Origin: an uncultured bacterium
Lineage (GTDB): Bacteria > Patescibacteriota > Minisyncoccia > UBA6257 > GWB1-50-10
DNA length: 64,000 nucleotides
Reading direction: 5' to 3'
Assembly: GCA_963768835.1 (NCBI GenBank)
Contig: CAVYJB010000002.1
Span: forward strand, 208,223-272,222
In this document: positions 61,334 through 64,000 of the stretch, piece by piece
How the letters are laid out: each line of letters begins with the position of its first letter
Position numbering within the stretch: position 1 is the first letter of the stretch
Translations under genes and position numbers: made by a program
The notes under the pieces: model-generated
Seen by the model: the letters and a program-made list of their open reading frames with translations, nothing else
What the model was told of the DNA's origin: nothing
Databases searched by the model: none

Positions 61334-64000
61334 ATGCTTTATTCTTCTCCGTCGGTTCTTGGTCGATCGTCCCTTTGGCGCGTCGCCCTCTTCGGGGCGC
61401 TTGCTGTTTTTATACTAGTCGCCATGCCGCACCACGCGGCCGCGCAGACGAGTTCCGGGTTCTTCAACACGGTCTACTACGATAGCAGCAATGAAGAAGC
61501 TTTCGGCATGCAGTGGGGCGGCGTCGATACCGGTGTGCCGCCCGAGGACGTCGACTGGCAAAACCTCCACTTCACAGATGTCATCCAGTTCAACGGGAAC
61601 GACACCGTGCAGTCGGGCGCGCCCTACTCCAACGTGTACGTGACGAACGGTACCCCGTCGTCTATGGCAAACGTGCTCGTGTACGGTCCGAACTGCGACC
61701 CGACGACGCAGACGTGCCGTGATTATCTGCATGGCAGCAATGGTCTTATCACGCTCGCGCATGCGGCGGGGGCTCGTGTCATCTACAACATTCAGGCGGT
61801 TGATGGTTCGGCGCTTGGCAGCATCACGAGCGGGTCCAACGCCGCGGCGACGACCCAGACTTTTGTGAACTCGCTCATGACCTTTGTCACCGCAGAAGGA
61901 TATGATGGCGTTGAGATCGACTGGGAGTCGTACGATCCGACCGTGGCGCAGACCTCGCTTCTCACGAACACGCTCCGTACGGCGCTCGATGCCTCGGGCT
62001 CCGCGTTCAACGGGACGCGCAAAATGATCATCTGGGCCGCGGGCGGCGGGCAGGCAGACTTGTTCGACTCCTCACTCGACTCGAAAGTCGATCAGTACGA
62101 TCCGCAGTTCTATGGACTCTATGATTCGTCGCTGAACACGGGTACTCCTCCGTGGTATGTTGTGCCCCTTCACAACTCCTCGAATCCCAACTGCGTCAGC
62201 CAGAACACGCGGTCGCTCGACGGCGTCGGCGGGTCTCCGGAGGTGAGCGCCCTCTGGTGGGCGAGGTTGCACGACCCGAAGAAGATCGGCATCGGTCTTG
62301 CCTCGGCGGCGACCATCTTTGTGGGTTCGAACCAGCTCTGTGCGGGGAATGTGACCTCGATGCACTACGGGCACTATCAGCATGGGCTCAGTCTGGCCTC
62401 GAATGGGGGGACGGTCGGGTATGACACCCAGACCCAGAATGCGTATATCTCCGGGACGGCGATATCGACTCTTGCCGCGGATGACCAAGGTCTTGGGGTC
62501 GGCGCGAACCAGCCATTCTTCCTCTCTTACGAGAACGCCCAGAGCATTCAGGCAAAAGTGACGTGGGCAAAAGCGAACGGGCTCGGGGGAATTATGATGT
62601 TCGAGCTCCGCGATGATCTTGACTCCACGAAACCGAGCGGTGGGGGCAGGTTCCCGGTCGAGGAAGCGGTCGCGGCAGCCCTCGGCGGAAGCACTGGGGG
62701 TGGTGGTGACACCACGCCCCCCACCGTCTCCCTCACCGCCCCTTCAGGTGGGGCCACAGTCTCGGGTACCGTAACGGTCTCTGCTACCGCCTCCGATAAC
62801 GTGGGAGTCACACAGGTCAGCTTCTACGACGGTTCGACGCTCATCGGCAGCGATTCCTCCTCCCCCTACTCGGTTTCTTGGAATACCAGCGGTCTTTCTG
62901 GGACTCAGGTCCTTACCGCCAAGGCCTATGATGCGGCAGGGAACGTGGGTACCTCCGCCTCGGTCAGTGTGACGGTGTCGAGCGGTGGCGGCGGCGACAC
63001 CACGCCCCCCACCGTCACCCTCGCGAACCCCGGGAGCACCCTCTCCGGCACCATCTCCCTCTCCGCTACCGCCTCCGACAACGTGGGCGTCACGAAGGTG
63101 GAGTTCTATGTGGACGGCACGCTCCTCACCTCCGACACCACGAGCCCCTACACCGCAAGCTGGAACACGACCAATGTCTCGAACGGCTCCCACACCCTCC
63201 AGGCCAAGGCCTATGACGCGGCAGGGAACGTGGGAACCTCCGCCTCGGTCAGTGTGACGGTCTTGAACACGGCGGTTGACATCACTCCTCCCTCCGTCAC
63301 CCTGAACGGACCCCAGAATGGTACCTCGGTCTCCGGCTCCGTCTCCCTCTCCGCCACCGCCTCGGATGTCGATGACGCGGTCTCTGCGGTCACCTTCTAC
63401 GACGGCACGACTGTCATCTCAATCGACACCACCTCCCCGTACCAGGCCATCTGGAACACCACCTCCCTCGTGAACGGCAGCAGTCACACCCTCACGGCCA
63501 AGGCCTGCGATACCCACAAAAATTGTGCGACCACCCCAGGGATCACAGTCATGGTGAACAACACGGTCGTGAGCACCCCTCCCTCCATCTCCCTTACGGC
63601 TCCTGCCAATAACACCACTGTCCAGGGCACCGTGACCCTCTCCGCCTCCGCCTCGGCGAACGTGTCGGGCGCCACCATCGCAAGCGTCCAGTTCTACGTG
63701 GACGGCACCTCCATCGGCACGGACACCACCTCCCCCTACAGCATTTCCTGGAACACCTCCGGACTCTCTGCAGGATCCTCCCACACCTTGACCGCCAAGG
63801 CGACGGACTCCGCGGGCAACACCGCGACCTCTCAGCCGGTCACGGTTGCCCTTGCTAACGTAAACCCAGGTGCCGTGACAGTCGCGATCACGGCGCCTTC
63901 CGCGGGCTCGATCGTGAGTTGCTCCACAGGCGTTACCGCGACCGCCACAGGAGGCTCTATCACGGGAGTTCAGTTCCGGGTGGACAACCAGAACCTCGGT
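61334..64000 (+). CDS. Secreted glycoside hydrolase family 18 (chitinase-like) protein with five or more C-terminal Ig-like repeats; 3' end beyond the window. Not in the ORF track because no stop codon lies in the window
   Basis: Hand translation from ATG 61334 gives an uninterrupted ORF to the window end. Signal peptide 'MLYSSPSVLGRSSLWRVALFGALAVFILVAMPHHAAAQT'. GH18 catalytic motif 'GYDGVEIDWES' (DGxDxDWE). Repeats 'DTTPPTVSLTAPSGGATVSGTVTVSATASDNVGVTQVSFYDGS...' are homologous to the Ig-like repeats of the 55936..61176 protein. Confidence 0.65.
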   Translation, partial: MLYSSPSVLGRSSLWRVALFGALAVFILVAMPHHAAAQTSSGFFNTVYYDSSNEEAFGMQWGGVDTGVPPEDVDWQNLHFTDVIQFNGNDTVQSGAPYSNVYVTNGTPSSMANVLVYGPNCDPTTQTCRDYLHGSNGLITLAHAAGARVIYNIQAVDGSALGSITSGSNAAATTQTFVNSLMTFVTAEGYDGVEIDWESYDPTVAQTSLLTNTLRTALDASGSAFNGTRKMIIWAAGGGQADLFDSSLDSKVDQYDPQFYGLYDSSLNTGTPPWYVVPLHNSSNPNCVSQNTRSLDGVGGSPEVSALWWARLHDPKKIGIGLASAATIFVGSNQLCAGNVTSMHYGHYQHGLSLASNGGTVGYDTQTQNAYISGTAISTLAADDQGLGVGANQPFFLSYENAQSIQAKVTWAKANGLGGIMMFELRDDLDSTKPSGGGRFPVEEAVAAALGGSTGGGGDTTPPTVSLTAPSGGATVSGTVTVSATASDNVGVTQVSFYDGSTLIGSDSSSPYSVSWNTSGLSGTQVLTAKAYDAAGNVGTSASVSVTVSSGGGGDTTPPTVTLANPGSTLSGTISLSATASDNVGVTKVEFYVDGTLLTSDTTSPYTASWNTTNVSNGSHTLQAKAYDAAGNVGTSASVSVTVLNTAVDITPPSVTLNGPQNGTSVSGSVSLSATASDVDDAVSAVTFYDGTTVISIDTTSPYQAIWNTTSLVNGSSHTLTAKACDTHKNCATTPGITVMVNNTVVSTPPSISLTAPANNTTVQGTVTLSASASANVSGATIASVQFYVDGTSIGTDTTSPYSISWNTSGLSAGSSHTLTAKATDSAGNTATSQPVTVALANVNPGAVTVAITAPSAGSIVSCSTGVTATATGGSITGVQFRVDNQNLG

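Noticed and set aside
1-64000. Search for CRISPR arrays, rRNA genes, IS elements, integrases and toxin-antitoxin pairs
   Set aside because: No direct-repeat/spacer arrays, rRNA-like conserved stretches, transposase/integrase motifs (DDE, tyrosine recombinase R..H..R..Y) or inverted terminal repeats were recognised by eye. The compositional islets lack obvious mobility genes within the window.

Overview
High-GC (roughly 60%) bacterial window, read by eye. It holds mostly housekeeping and cell-surface/glycan genes; no CRISPR array, rRNA or obvious mobile element was seen. Layout from start to end: (1) 4-3336, a 5'-truncated giant Ser/Thr/Asn-rich surface protein with an N-terminal peptidoglycan-binding-like domain. 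(2) About 3.4-41.8 kb, a roughly 37-kb glycan assembly locus. It begins with a Wzy_C-family membrane protein that could be an O-antigen ligase/polymerase or an O-oligosaccharyltransferase, and ends with a WbaP-like initiating phosphoglycosyltransferase on the minus strand. Between them are about 10 glycosyltransferases, two Wzx-like flippases, GDP-mannose 4,6-dehydratase, a CapD/PseB-like dehydratase, a nucleotide-sugar dehydrogenase, a bi-domain oxidoreductase, a glucuronyl C5-epimerase-like protein and an AsnB-like amidotransferase. The locus is unusually dense in methyltransferases: four FkbM-family, five or six class I SAM enzymes, one TylC3-type sugar C-methyltransferase and one B12-binding radical SAM enzyme. 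It also contains lower-GC islets at about 14.9-21.2 kb, 22.0-22.7 kb and 34.5-36.0 kb. (3) A DsbA / SPW-repeat micro-ORF / glutaredoxin / thioredoxin-reductase thiol-redox module. (4) A type IV pilus-like pair: an atypical pilin-like protein and a PilM-PilN-like fusion. (5) A conserved block pth, lepB, hisS, HIT, rpsU, yqeY, ybeY, ftsA, ftsZ, then an ATP-cone ribonucleotide reductase that is probably class II, and tRNA-Lys(UUU) on the minus strand. (6) A 1746-aa secreted beta-helix/BACON/Ig-like/SH3b protein carrying a perfect 263-bp tandem duplication, followed by a 3'-truncated GH18 chitinase-like protein with Ig-like repeats. That GH18 ORF is absent from the supplied ORF track because it has no stop codon in the window. 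The gene content (small proteins, ftsA-ftsZ directly after ybeY, probable class II RNR, giant adhesin-like proteins) fits a small-genome, possibly Patescibacteria/CPR-like organism, but that assignment is uncertain. The most interesting candidate system is the hyper-methylated glycan locus, predicted to make a methylated, possibly C-methyl-branched 6-deoxyhexose-containing glycan, perhaps for O-glycosylating the flanking giant surface proteins. Coordinates of non-ORF features were determined by hand and may be off by a few nt.
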